Below the pieces are notes generated by a model that made no database searches, was not told the origin of the DNA, and saw only the letters and a list, made by a program, of their open reading frames with translations. From an uncultured candidate division Zixibacteria bacterium (GTDB lineage: Bacteria > Zixibacteria > MSB-5A5 > RBG-16-43-9), in NCBI GenBank assembly GCA_963713865.1, contig OY970208.1, positions 992,001-1,056,000 of the forward strand: a stretch of 64,000 nt of DNA, written 5' to 3'. The position numbers and the translations under genes were made by a program. Position 1 is the stretch's first letter. Every line of letters begins with the position of its first letter. This document shows positions 50,720 to 61,676 of the stretch, piece by piece.

Positions 50720-52972
50720 ATGAGAGGAAAAGCCTTTTTTCAAAAGAAACAAATGTGGGGAATAATTTGTTTGGTAGTCTTATCAGTTATACTTTTCGTT
50801 CCGAAAAGCTGGTCTCAAACTATTCCTCGACCGCAAGACACTTTAAGAGTTATAGATGCCTCTGGTATACCTGGAGATACAGCGGTTTGGGTATCAATCT
50901 ATTTAAGAAACAGTATATCCGTTTCAATTTTTACTTTACAATTGGTTTTTGATGAGAATTTGATTGAGCCCAAGGAAATTGTAGTTGGTACTGATACTAT
51001 GATAAATGCAGTAGCTACTGCAAGAGATACTTTTTTTGAAGACCATCCATCAGATCAGTGGAAAACTTTTGCAGGATCAAGAATCGATGATTCTACCATT
51101 ATCTTTATGGCTGCCAGTCTTGATTCTATGATGTATAGAGATACCATAGCATCTGGAACTGGACTAATACTGCGTATCCAGTTTATGGTGAGCTCAAGTA
51201 TTACCAAAGACACTACCACATCGATAAGATTTTTAGATGACACCTTAGGTAGCTATAACCTCATAGTACATGCAACACGAAGTTCAATAGATCAATATAA
51301 ACTTTCTCAAACCTCTGGTACTTTTACCATAACTACTGGAGGAACACCTGGAAATCATTCACCTGTTTTTGGTACACTGGCAAGCCAGTTTGAAGTAACA
51401 GAGGGACAGACCTTAGCTTTTACGGTAAGTGCCAGTGATGAGGATGGAGATACGGTTACCCTATCTGCGGATGCTCTACCACCTAATGCTACCTTTCCCA
51501 CGGTTAAAGGAGTCAGTGCCGTTTCTCAAACCTTCAGTTTTTCCCCTGATTTCACTCAGGGACCGGATACTATCAGCATAACTTTTAGAGCAAGAGATGA
51601 ACATGGCGCCAGTACTTTAAAGACAGTAACAATTATAATAAATGCTGTCCCTCAGGATCTATTGATAGTCACTAAAGATCGCGGTGGCGTTCCGGGAAGC
51701 ACTGGTAAGCTTGTACCTTTGATTCTAACTAACCTTCAGGATGTCTATGGAATTCAATTTACCCTTCACTTTGATTCAACCGCATTAGAGGTTGATTCAT
51801 TTGTCCCAACGGAAAGAATAAATGGATTTAACATAAAATCTAACTTAGGAGATAGCTCCAATCAAGTAACAGTTCTTGTTTTAAACTTGAATAATCAAGT
51901 TATACCCCCTGGCTCAGATACCATTTTATATTTTGCTTTATCAGTCGATTCTTTAGCGAATCCTGGGGTGAGACCTTTGGCCCTAACTAAAGCTCGGGAA
52001 GCTATAGGTATTACTACCCCGTCAAAAGAGTTGGAAGTTGTGAATGGATTTTTTACTGTGGATAAATTCGGGGATGTTAATTTGGATACTTTAGTTGATA
52101 TTGGGGATGTGGTTTATTTGATAGCTTATATATTAGAAGATGTAACGATTAATCCACGTCAGGCAGAGGCAGCCGACATAAACCGGGATGGGATTGTAAA
52201 TGTTGGTGATTTAGTAGGGGTGATCAATACTATTTTGGGTCGACCCATCAATGCTCCGATACCTCCTTTCCGTGAGCCTTTAGCTTACCTCCACTTAGAA
52301 TATGACTCTTTGCAAGCGGGTAGCGAAGGGAAGATAGATTTGTGGGCGGATTTGAAGACCTCGGTAGCAGGGGTTCAATTAAAAATAAAGTATGACCCAG
52401 AACAGATGACTTTCTCTGCTCCGAAATTAACTTCCAGATCAAATAGTTTTGATACACTTTTTTACAAAGATGACGGAAAGGGAAATCTGACTGTTGTATT
52501 CTTTAGGTTTGGCAAAGCCCCCATTGCCCCCGGAGAAGGTAGTATTCTTTCTCTGCCAGTGGTTGCCAGCTCAAATTTTGACAAGGGGAAAATGCAATTA
52601 TACTTAAAAGAAGCAATCTTAGCTGACCCAGAGGCAGTGGTTATACCGGTGGATAAAGGTGAAGTGATACTGCCTAAATCATTCAGCTTGAGCCAGAACT
52701 ATCCCAACCCGTTCAACCCAAATACGACTATAAGATTTGAGATAGGTGTAGGTGGAGGAAATCAAGCAGCGGTGAATACAACCTTAAAGGTCTATAATAT
52801 CTTAGGTCAAGTAGTAAAAACTTTAGTGAATGAGCCTAAATTGCCTGGGATTTATTATCAGACCTGGGATGGTAAGAATGAGCAAGGGGAAAAGGTTTCC
52901 TCAGGTCTTTATTTTTACCAGTTGAGAGCAGGAAATTACAACGAAACGAAAAAAATGGTTTTATTGAAATAA
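50720..52972 (+). CDS. Gene B: cohesin-like, Ig-like, cohesin-like, dockerin, cohesin-like, CTD
   Basis: VPLILTN..VYGIQFTLHFD; FGDVNLDTLVDIGD..ADINRDGIVNVGD; VAGVQLKIKYDP; QNYPNPFNP tail. Confidence 0.8.
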   Translation: MRGKAFFQKKQMWGIICLVVLSVILFVPKSWSQTIPRPQDTLRVIDASGIPGDTAVWVSIYLRNSISVSIFTLQLVFDENLIEPKEIVVGTDTMINAVATARDTFFEDHPSDQWKTFAGSRIDDSTIIFMAASLDSMMYRDTIASGTGLILRIQFMVSSSITKDTTTSIRFLDDTLGSYNLIVHATRSSIDQYKLSQTSGTFTITTGGTPGNHSPVFGTLASQFEVTEGQTLAFTVSASDEDGDTVTLSADALPPNATFPTVKGVSAVSQTFSFSPDFTQGPDTISITFRARDEHGASTLKTVTIIINAVPQDLLIVTKDRGGVPGSTGKLVPLILTNLQDVYGIQFTLHFDSTALEVDSFVPTERINGFNIKSNLGDSSNQVTVLVLNLNNQVIPPGSDTILYFALSVDSLANPGVRPLALTKAREAIGITTPSKELEVVNGFFTVDKFGDVNLDTLVDIGDVVYLIAYILEDVTINPRQAEAADINRDGIVNVGDLVGVINTILGRPINAPIPPFREPLAYLHLEYDSLQAGSEGKIDLWADLKTSVAGVQLKIKYDPEQMTFSAPKLTSRSNSFDTLFYKDDGKGNLTVVFFRFGKAPIAPGEGSILSLPVVASSNFDKGKMQLYLKEAILADPEAVVIPVDKGEVILPKSFSLSQNYPNPFNPNTTIRFEIGVGGGNQAAVNTTLKVYNILGQVVKTLVNEPKLPGIYYQTWDGKNEQGEKVSSGLYFYQLRAGNYNETKKMVLLK

Positions 52973-53006
52973 AGTTACTTAAAACAAACTAAAAAAGGTT
53001 AGCTAT

Positions 53007-56000
53007 ATGAAAAGATTTTTTAGAAGTTTCCCGCTTGGACTTTTTCTTATTCTCATTTTTTATCTTCCAACCCGGGCTCAGAATGTTCCTCCTGTATTGG
53101 ATTCTATAGGAGCCAAGACTGTAAATGAGGGACAGGTATTGACGTTTAGAGTGCACGCTACAGACATAAACGGTGATAGTTTGATATTGAGTGCCTTGAA
53201 CGTTCCTACCAATGCCATTTTGGTAGACAGTGGCAATGGAGCAGGGTCGTTCACTTTCAGTCCGGATTATACCCAGGCAAACATATATAATGTGACCTTT
53301 ATAGCCACAGATACAGCAGGATCAGCAGATAGCGAGGTAGTGGCGATAACGGTGAATAACGTGAATAATGCACCGGTCTTAGATTCTATCGGAGCAAGAA
53401 GTGTAAATGAGGGTCAAGTTCTAAGTTTTAGAGTTCACGCTACAGATATAAATGGCGACAGTTTGATATTGAGTGCCTTGAACATTCCGACCAATGGAGT
53501 CTTCACAGACAGCGGTAATGGGTCAGGCTCATTCACCTTCAGTCCGGATTATACCCAGGCAAATATTTACAATGTGACCTTTATCGCTACTGATACAGCA
53601 GGATCAGCAGATAGCGAGGTAGTGGCGATAACGGTGAACAATGTAAATAATGCACCGGTCTTAGATTCAATAGGAGCAAGGAGTGTGAATGAGGGGCAAG
53701 TATTGACCTTTAGAGTACATGCCACAGATATCAATGGAGACAATTTGATCTTGAGTGCTTTGAATGTACCCACCAATGCCAGCTTTATAGATAGCACTAA
53801 CGGTTCGGGTTCATTTACTTTCAGTCCAGATTATACCCAGGCGGGTATATATAATGTAACCTTCATAAGCACAGATACAGTAGGGGCTGCAGATAGTGAA
53901 GTAGTCCAAATTACGGTGGTGAGCGCAGGAAACCAGACACCGGTATTGGATTCTATAGGTTCAAGGAGTGTAAACGAGGGAGCTAATTTAACCTTCCGGG
54001 TACATTCTACAGATGCAGATGGAGACAGTATAATTTTAAGTGCAACGAGTATACCTACCAATGCAACTTTTACTGATTCAGGTAATGGAGCGGGTTCGTT
54101 TACCTTTAATCCGAATTATACCCAAGCAGGAACTCATAATATCACTTTCAAAGCCACAGATCTATCTTCAGCGGTTGACAGCGAGGTAGTGGCGATAACG
54201 GTGAACAATGTGAATAATGCCCCGGGATTAGACTCAATCGGCTCAAAGAGTGTGAATGAGGGACAAGTATTGACATTTAGAGTTCACGCTACAGATATCA
54301 ATGGAGACAGTTTAGTTTTGAGTGCTTTAAGCGTTCCCACCAATGCAATCTTCACGGACAGCGGAAATGGAGCAGGCTCATTTACTTTCAGCCCGGATTA
54401 TACCCAGGCGAACATCTATAATGTAACCTTTATCGCTACAGATACATCAGGCTCAGCGGATAGCGAGGTAGTGGCGATAACGGTGAATAATGTAAATAAT
54501 GCCCCGGTATTAGATTCAATAGGAGCAAGGAGTGTGAATGAGGGGCAAGTATTGACCTTTAGAGTACATGCCACAGATATCAATGGAGACAATTTGATCT
54601 TGAGTGCTTTGAATGTACCCACCAATGCCAGCTTTATAGATAGCACTAACGGTTCGGGTTCATTTACTTTCAGTCCAGATTATACCCAGGCGGGTATATA
54701 TAATGTAACCTTCATAAGCACAGATACAGTCGGTGCGGCAGATAGTGAGCTCGTGACGATAACGGTACTGAGCGCAGGGAATCAGGCACCGGTTTTGGAT
54801 TCTATTGGGTCAAGGAGTGTAAATGAGGGTTCTAATTTAACCTTCCGTGTTCATTCTACTGATGCGGATGGGGATAGTATAGTTTTAAGTGCAACTAATC
54901 TACCTACCAATGCAACCTTTACCGACAGTGGCAATGGAACAGGTTCATTTAGTTTTAGCCCGAATTATATACAATCAGGAATATACTATGTTACCTTTAA
55001 AGTTACAGATCCATCCTTAGCGGTTGACAGTGAGGTAGTGCAGATAACGGTGGTGAGTGCAGGGAATCAGGCACCGGTGTTAGATTCAATTGGAGCTAAA
55101 AGTGTGAATGAGAGTTCAAATTTAACATTCAGATTGCATGCTACGGATGCAGATGGAGACAGTATAGTCTTAAGTTCAACTAATCTGCCTGCTAACGCTA
55201 CCTTTATAGACAGTGGCAATGGAGCGGGTTCGTTTATTTTCAATCCCAATTATACCCAGGCAGGAGTCTATAATGTAACCTTCAAAGCCACTGATCCATC
55301 TTTAGCAGTAGATAGTGAGATAATTCAAATAACGGTAAATAATGTGAATCGTTCACCAGTCTTAGATTCGATTGGTACAAAAAGTGTAAAGGAGGGTTCT
55401 CATCTAACTTTCAGGGTACATGCTACCGATGCAGATGGAGACTTATTAGTTTTAACAGCTGCCAATCTACCAACTAATTCATCCTTTATAGACTCTGGTA
55501 ATGGAGCAGGTTCGTTTAGTTTCAATCCGGATTATAACCAGATAGGGGTACATAATATAACCTTTAAAACTATAGATCCGCTATTAGCAGTAGATAGTGA
55601 GGTAGTACAGATAACGGTTAGTAATGTGAATAGACCTCCAGTCTTAAATCCTATCGGATGGAAAATAGTGACTGAAGCTGAAACTCTTTCCTTTAATGTC
55701 TCAGCTTCTGATCAAGATGGAACAATTCCAATTTTATATACCAGTGCTCTACCCCGAAATGCTGTTTTTGTAGATAGCGGGAATGGAAGAGGAAGATTTA
55801 CTTTTACGCCGGATTATGCTCAACAGGGATTAAAAGATGTAATTTTCTATGCCAGTGACGGTAGTTTGATCGATAATGAGTGGGTTCTTATTCAAGTAAT
55901 AGATGCAGGTAACCAGAGACCTATTATGCAGGCGATACCTCCGGACAGCGTTATGGAAGGAGATACCCTGCTAATAACTGTTCATGCGGATGATCCAGAC

Positions 56001-57560
56001 AGCACTATACCAGCTTTATCTACTGGGGCATTACCCCTTAACGCTTATTTTACAGATCATCTAGATGGAAATGGAGTCTTTTGGTTTGCTCCTGTTTATG
56101 TGCAGTTTGGAGAGGATACCATAAAGTTCATAACTTCGGATGGCTTATTAGCTGATACTGAAACGGTTTTGATAACAGTGCTTGAAGCTGGAAATCAGAC
56201 TCCAGTTCTTTCTATACCCTACGATTCAACAACTGTAAACGAAGAAGCTACTTTAAGCTTTAGAGTTAGAGGAATTGATCCGGATAGCACCATACCTATT
56301 CTTAGGGCAAGTAATTTACCGACTAATGCAACTTTTACCGATAGTCTTAATGGAAGAGGGGGGTTTGGATTCTCGCCAAACAATTTGCAGGCGGGTAATT
56401 ATGTAGTTTATTTCCAGGTGTTAGATTCTGAGGATACTCTGATGACCTCAGTTGACAGCGTAACGATAATCGTAATAAACGTTAATCGGAAACCTAAATT
56501 CACTCAATGTATTTCTTCAACAAGCGTTCACGAGGGAGATACTTTGATAATTAATGTCAAAGCAACTGATGATGACGGTACCATACCAATACTAAATGTG
56601 ACACCTCACCTGGATAATTCGGTTTTTGTGGATAGCGGGAATGGTGTTGGAACACTTATGTTTTATCCTGATTATAGCCAGAGTAAACAAGACACTGCTT
56701 ATTATATTTCTTTCTTAGCTATAGACTCAGAATATCCATCTGATACTGGATACTGTCTCCAGCGAACTACAATGATTCTGGTCTATAATGTACCTGTGCC
56801 ACCGACTATCTATCCAATAAATGATACCAGCGTGATAGAAGGTGGAAGTCTAACTTTAGCAGATTCTGCTTATGATCCTGATGGTACTATTCCTACTCTT
56901 AGCGTCTTTAGTCTTCCAGCCAATGCTAATTATACAACTATTTCTGGGAGTGGTAAAGGTGTTTTAAGGTTCCATCCATCGTTTACACAAGCAGGAGTCT
57001 ATACAGTTGGTTTTGTGGCTACAGATCCAACCAATTTGGCAGATACAGAATTAGTTCAAATTACTGTAATAGAGGCTGGTAATCAAAGACCTAAATTAGC
57101 AGCAATTAGTGATAAATCAGCGGCAATTAAGGAAACTATGTCCTTTAAAGTCAGTGCTACAGATCCGGACGGCACTATTCCACAACTTTTCGCAGATTCC
57201 CTGCCACGTAATGCAGTTTTTCATGATAGCTTAAATGGAAGAGGTCTTTTCACCTTCACTCCAGATAGCAGTCAAGCCGATTCAATTTATAAGGTTATTC
57301 TCATCGCCTCGGACGGTTCTCTGGCAGATAGTGTCAGGGTAAGCATCACTGTGATTGAATATGTCAAAGGGGATGCTAATAGTGATGGAAAGGTGTCGGT
57401 TGCAGATGTGGTTTACCTTATCAATTATTTATTTAAAGGTAGTACTGCCCCTAATCCAATGGGTGCCGGAGATGCGAATCATGATGGGTTTGTCTCTGTA
57501 TCTGATTGTGTTTACCTGATCAACTATCTTTTTAAAGGTGGCCCGCCACCAGTGTTTTGA
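53007..57560 (+). CDS. Gene C: 15 tandem Ig/cadherin-like repeats of about 95 aa plus C-terminal dockerin-like domain
   Basis: NxxPVLDSIG.KSVNEG..LTFRVHATD.DGD...P.NA.F.DSGNG.GSF.FSPDYTQ repeats; KGDANSDGKVSVADVVYLINYLFKG. Confidence 0.88.
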   Translation: MKRFFRSFPLGLFLILIFYLPTRAQNVPPVLDSIGAKTVNEGQVLTFRVHATDINGDSLILSALNVPTNAILVDSGNGAGSFTFSPDYTQANIYNVTFIATDTAGSADSEVVAITVNNVNNAPVLDSIGARSVNEGQVLSFRVHATDINGDSLILSALNIPTNGVFTDSGNGSGSFTFSPDYTQANIYNVTFIATDTAGSADSEVVAITVNNVNNAPVLDSIGARSVNEGQVLTFRVHATDINGDNLILSALNVPTNASFIDSTNGSGSFTFSPDYTQAGIYNVTFISTDTVGAADSEVVQITVVSAGNQTPVLDSIGSRSVNEGANLTFRVHSTDADGDSIILSATSIPTNATFTDSGNGAGSFTFNPNYTQAGTHNITFKATDLSSAVDSEVVAITVNNVNNAPGLDSIGSKSVNEGQVLTFRVHATDINGDSLVLSALSVPTNAIFTDSGNGAGSFTFSPDYTQANIYNVTFIATDTSGSADSEVVAITVNNVNNAPVLDSIGARSVNEGQVLTFRVHATDINGDNLILSALNVPTNASFIDSTNGSGSFTFSPDYTQAGIYNVTFISTDTVGAADSELVTITVLSAGNQAPVLDSIGSRSVNEGSNLTFRVHSTDADGDSIVLSATNLPTNATFTDSGNGTGSFSFSPNYIQSGIYYVTFKVTDPSLAVDSEVVQITVVSAGNQAPVLDSIGAKSVNESSNLTFRLHATDADGDSIVLSSTNLPANATFIDSGNGAGSFIFNPNYTQAGVYNVTFKATDPSLAVDSEIIQITVNNVNRSPVLDSIGTKSVKEGSHLTFRVHATDADGDLLVLTAANLPTNSSFIDSGNGAGSFSFNPDYNQIGVHNITFKTIDPLLAVDSEVVQITVSNVNRPPVLNPIGWKIVTEAETLSFNVSASDQDGTIPILYTSALPRNAVFVDSGNGRGRFTFTPDYAQQGLKDVIFYASDGSLIDNEWVLIQVIDAGNQRPIMQAIPPDSVMEGDTLLITVHADDPDSTIPALSTGALPLNAYFTDHLDGNGVFWFAPVYVQFGEDTIKFITSDGLLADTETVLITVLEAGNQTPVLSIPYDSTTVNEEATLSFRVRGIDPDSTIPILRASNLPTNATFTDSLNGRGGFGFSPNNLQAGNYVVYFQVLDSEDTLMTSVDSVTIIVINVNRKPKFTQCISSTSVHEGDTLIINVKATDDDGTIPILNVTPHLDNSVFVDSGNGVGTLMFYPDYSQSKQDTAYYISFLAIDSEYPSDTGYCLQRTTMILVYNVPVPPTIYPINDTSVIEGGSLTLADSAYDPDGTIPTLSVFSLPANANYTTISGSGKGVLRFHPSFTQAGVYTVGFVATDPTNLADTELVQITVIEAGNQRPKLAAISDKSAAIKETMSFKVSATDPDGTIPQLFADSLPRNAVFHDSLNGRGLFTFTPDSSQADSIYKVILIASDGSLADSVRVSITVIEYVKGDANSDGKVSVADVVYLINYLFKGSTAPNPMGAGDANHDGFVSVSDCVYLINYLFKGGPPPVF

Positions 57561-57767
57561 AAATATATAGTATCAAACAAAAGATTCTCCATGTTGTCGA
57601 CTTATATGATTAATAAAGTTCTAAACTCATCCATTTGGGGATGTGGAGAAATTACTTCTTACTTTATTCCAGTGTACGATACTATTAAAAAATACTTGAC
57701 AGATTTGGAATAATGGTTATGTAAGTAATGAAAAGATTTAATTAACTTTTTCTCTCAGACTCGACAG

Positions 57768-59390
57768 ATGTATAAACTATCCTCTATTTTCTTTGTCTTT
57801 TTATTCTTCATTTTTTTTCTTACGCCACCCCTCTTTCCCCAAATCCCTGATACAGTGGGTTTAGTTGATACCTTAAGGGTTGGAAAGGTAACAGCTTATC
57901 CTGGCTCAAAAGTTTGTGTGCCAGTTTATGCTTTTAATGATGAAGACTTAGGAGCCATTACTTTTCCTCTTAAGTTTTCCAGCTCTGATCTTTTTTGCGA
58001 TTCGGTTTCCTTTGTGGGAACGAGGGTTTCCGACGCTCCGTTAAAAGGGGGGGAAATAGACAGCTTGAATAGAACCATTAAGATTTATGCTATGACTTTC
58101 ACCCAGATAAGTTCCGGGAGTGGGTTGGTAGCAAATATGTGGTTTAAAATAAAGGATGACGCTCTTCCACAAACCGTGGAGATAGATACTTTTTCAACAA
58201 CTGAGCCTCCAGTTTATTTAACTTTCGTCTATACCTGGGCAGAGGAGATGACCCCTGCCTTTGTTAAAGGGGCAATTACCATAAAAGAGAAAAATTTAGC
58301 CCCTCAGATACAGCCGATTGGAACCCAGTATGTAAATGAGGGGGATACTTTATTGATAAAAATATTTGCAAACGATCCAGAAGGGGATTCGGTGAAAATA
58401 AGCATGTTGAATGGACCTGGGGGTGCTTCTTTTACAGACTCAGGTAATGGTAAGGCTACTTTCCTCTGGGTTCCTCCTTTTACTGGACCCTGGTCTTCAG
58501 TTAATAGTCCTTTTAAGGTTACATTTGTGGTTTCAGATGGAAATTACACCTCGAAAGAGGATGTGGAAATAAATGTAATAGATAAAAATCCTTTATCTAA
58601 AGCCTATGTTATGGAGATTGGGGCAGATACAGGTTTCTTCCCTGATATTGTTACCGTTCCAATAAAACTTACAAACCCTGATTCTATCGGGGCTATGAAA
58701 TTACTGCTTCATTTTGATCAAACCGCACTCTCTTTATTGAATGTGAGCAGGTTAAATACCAGGATTAGCAATTGGGAATTTTTTCAACCTAAAATAAATC
58801 AGCCAGAGGTGGGTGATGTTTTTATCTTGGGCCTGGCGGATATTCACGATCAAACTGTTACACCGCCTTTACCTCCAGGTGATGGGGTAATCACCAATTT
58901 GATTTTTCAGATTATACTTGACCCCTGTCCCCTTAGTTCTTTATCCGCATCTATAAGATTTAAGTTCACCGATTCAACTGATAATACTTTGAGTGGTGCT
59001 TTGGGCCAGGAATTTATAGGCCAGAACGATATCGAATATAAAGATGGATATGTGCTAATTAAATGTCCTACAGATGTAGTTGAGGGGGAACAGGACAACT
59101 CAACTTTACCCAAGGCTTATGAGCTTTCCCAGAATTACCCGAATCCCTTTAACCCTGTTACCGAGATTAAATTTGCCTTACCTGAAGAGTCTAAGGTGAG
59201 TTTGATAATTTATAATATAAAGGGGCAGGTGGTTAATAGACTGGTAGATGAGAGATTGAAGCCTGGGAGATATAAAGTCACCTGGGAAGGGAAAGATTCA
59301 GCCGGTAATAGAGTTGCCAGCGGGATTTATTTCTATAGATTAAAGGCTAGAAATTATAGTGAGACTAAGAAGATGATAATGGCGAAATAA
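57768..59390 (+). CDS. Gene A': paralog of A lacking the dockerin region; CTD present
   Basis: Highly similar to 48441 up to the second cohesin-like domain, then goes directly to LPKAYELSQNYPNPFNP. Confidence 0.85.
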   Translation: MYKLSSIFFVFLFFIFFLTPPLFPQIPDTVGLVDTLRVGKVTAYPGSKVCVPVYAFNDEDLGAITFPLKFSSSDLFCDSVSFVGTRVSDAPLKGGEIDSLNRTIKIYAMTFTQISSGSGLVANMWFKIKDDALPQTVEIDTFSTTEPPVYLTFVYTWAEEMTPAFVKGAITIKEKNLAPQIQPIGTQYVNEGDTLLIKIFANDPEGDSVKISMLNGPGGASFTDSGNGKATFLWVPPFTGPWSSVNSPFKVTFVVSDGNYTSKEDVEINVIDKNPLSKAYVMEIGADTGFFPDIVTVPIKLTNPDSIGAMKLLLHFDQTALSLLNVSRLNTRISNWEFFQPKINQPEVGDVFILGLADIHDQTVTPPLPPGDGVITNLIFQIILDPCPLSSLSASIRFKFTDSTDNTLSGALGQEFIGQNDIEYKDGYVLIKCPTDVVEGEQDNSTLPKAYELSQNYPNPFNPVTEIKFALPEESKVSLIIYNIKGQVVNRLVDERLKPGRYKVTWEGKDSAGNRVASGIYFYRLKARNYSETKKMIMAK

Positions 59391-59394
59391 AAAG

Positions 59395-61642
59395 ATGGAG
59401 GTTAGTGAATTGATGAAGAAGATATTTTTTCTGGGACTTATAAGTTTGGTTCTCCTTTTTTATTATTCTTTCTCTAAAGCGCAGGTTCAACTGACTAATG
59501 ATACCCTGAGAATTGGAGGGGGAAGCGAGGCTAAGAATGTTATCTATGTAAATAAGGGGATGACCAGGGTGCCGGTTACAGTTTATCTTAAGAATGCCTT
59601 CGACATAGCCGGTTTCCGCTTGCGGGTGGTTTTCGATACAACTGTTATGTCCCCCTATTACCCTTCTGTTCCTGAGTCGAGTTTTTCTCAGCTAACCAGG
59701 TCCTTAGCCCTTCCACTATTTGTCAAGGGCCTTTATAGTGATCCCTGGGAGATATTTTTCACAGGCTCTGCCACCTATGATCCTTCTAACGAGAATATAG
59801 ATGCCGGGAGAGGACCGATTGTTGAGTTTTATTTTAATATAAAATCTAATGCCCCTCAAAGGTTGTCGTCCGATTAAATTGGAGGATGATACATTGCCGG
59901 GCATAGATAACTATATAGTAGATATATATGCTACTGATGAATATATTCCAGTTCTGGTCAATGGCACCATTTGCGTGAGTGATACTATCACGACTATCAA
60001 TCATCCCCCGGTTATCTCCTCAGTTGGTCCACAGTCGGTTGTGGTGGGAGAGACTTTGACTTTTTCGGTCAGTGCCTCTGATCAAGATAATGACCAGATC
60101 ACCCTATTTGCTCAGAATCTACCTTCAAACTCATCTTTCCCACAGGTTCAGGGCATAGGTAGCGTTACCGGGGATTTTACCTTTATTCCTACTGCAGTAC
60201 AAGCCCCGGGCACTTTTTTTGTTAATTTTATTGCAAGAGATGACAGCTTAGTAGCAGATACTATAACTGTAACCATTTTCCTTTATGAGGAGGTAATCCC
60301 TCCTCAGGAACCTACCGACAAATTAAAGATCTTGAGCACCGAAGGTGGTGTTCCAGGTAGCACCGGGAAATTGGTCCCACTCTATCTTATCAACGAAGAG
60401 GATACGGTTTACGGAGTCGAGTTCACTTTAAGTTATAATCATCAGGCGATCATAATTGATTCCATTCTCCCTGCGTCGAGGATAGAGGGTTTTTCAATTT
60501 ATTCTAATCGGGGGGATAGCTTAGGGAAACTTACTGTCTTGCTTTTTGGCCTGGGTAATGAGATGATCTTACCCGGTTCTGATACCATACTTTATTTAGC
60601 CATGAGCGTCGATACCTTGGCTCCATTTGGTAACACCGCCCTTGATCTTATAAGTGGCTGGGAGGCAATAAGCATAGATCCAACTGATTCCTCAAGGGCT
60701 TTAGCCCTGACAGATGGTTTTTTTGCAGTGGATAGGTTCGGGGATGTGAATTTAGATAGGAGAATAAATGTCGCAGATGTGGTTAGTTTAGTAGCTTATA
60801 TTCTGGGGAATATCTCCTTAGACACTCGCCATTGGGATGCAGCGGATATAAATCGAGATTGGGGTGTGAATGTAGGCGATTTAGTTGGGGTGATAAATAC
60901 GATCTTAGGCAGGTCAATCAGTGCTCCGATAGGAACTTTGCGTGAGCCTTTAGCTTACCTTCACTTAGAATATGACTCTTTGCAAGCGGGTAGTGAAGGG
61001 AAGATAGATTTGTGGGCAGATTTAAAGACTTCCGTAGCTGGGGTTCAATTGAAAATAAAATATGATCCTGAGCAATTAACTTTTTCAACTCCAGCTTTAA
61101 CTTCCAGATCAAATAGTTTTGATACACTTTTTTATAAAGATGATGGAAAAGGTAATCTGACTGTTGTTTTCTTTAGGTTTGGCAAAGCCCCCATTGCCCC
61201 CGGAGAAGGTAGTATTCTTTCTCTGCCAGTGGTTGCCAGCTCAAATTTTGATAAAGAGAAATTACAATTATACTTAAAAGAAGCAATCTTAGCTGACCCA
61301 GAGGCAGTGGTTATACCTGTGGATAAAGGCGAAGTGATACTGCCTAAATCATTCAACTTGAACCAGAACTATCCCAATCCATTCAATCCCAATACTACTA
61401 TAAGATTTGAGATAGGTGTAGATGGAGGAAATCAAGCAGCAGTGAATACAACCTTGAAGGTCTATAATATATTGGGTCAAGTGGTCAAAACTTTAGTGAA
61501 TGAGCCTAAATTGCCTGGGATTTATTATCAGACCTGGGATGGTAAGAATGAGCAGGGAGAAAAGGTTTCCTCAGGCCTTTATTTCTATCAGCTGAGATCA
61601 GGGAATTACAGCGAAACGAAGAAAATGGTTTTATTGAAATAA
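59395..61642 (+). CDS. Gene B': paralog of B (+1 frameshift at about 59860)
   Basis: ORFs 59395-59877 and 59849-61642 join as NAPQGCRPIKL; the C-terminal ~240 aa are almost identical to gene B. Confidence 0.82.
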
Positions 61643-61676
61643 AGTTACTTAAAACAAACTAAAAAAGGTTAGCCAT

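Noticed and set aside
7502-61642. Programmed ribosomal frameshifting or true pseudogenes at the six split genes
   Set aside because: No slippery heptamers; the shared motifs occur on either strand; the genes show no other decay. A DNA-level or sequencing cause is more likely.
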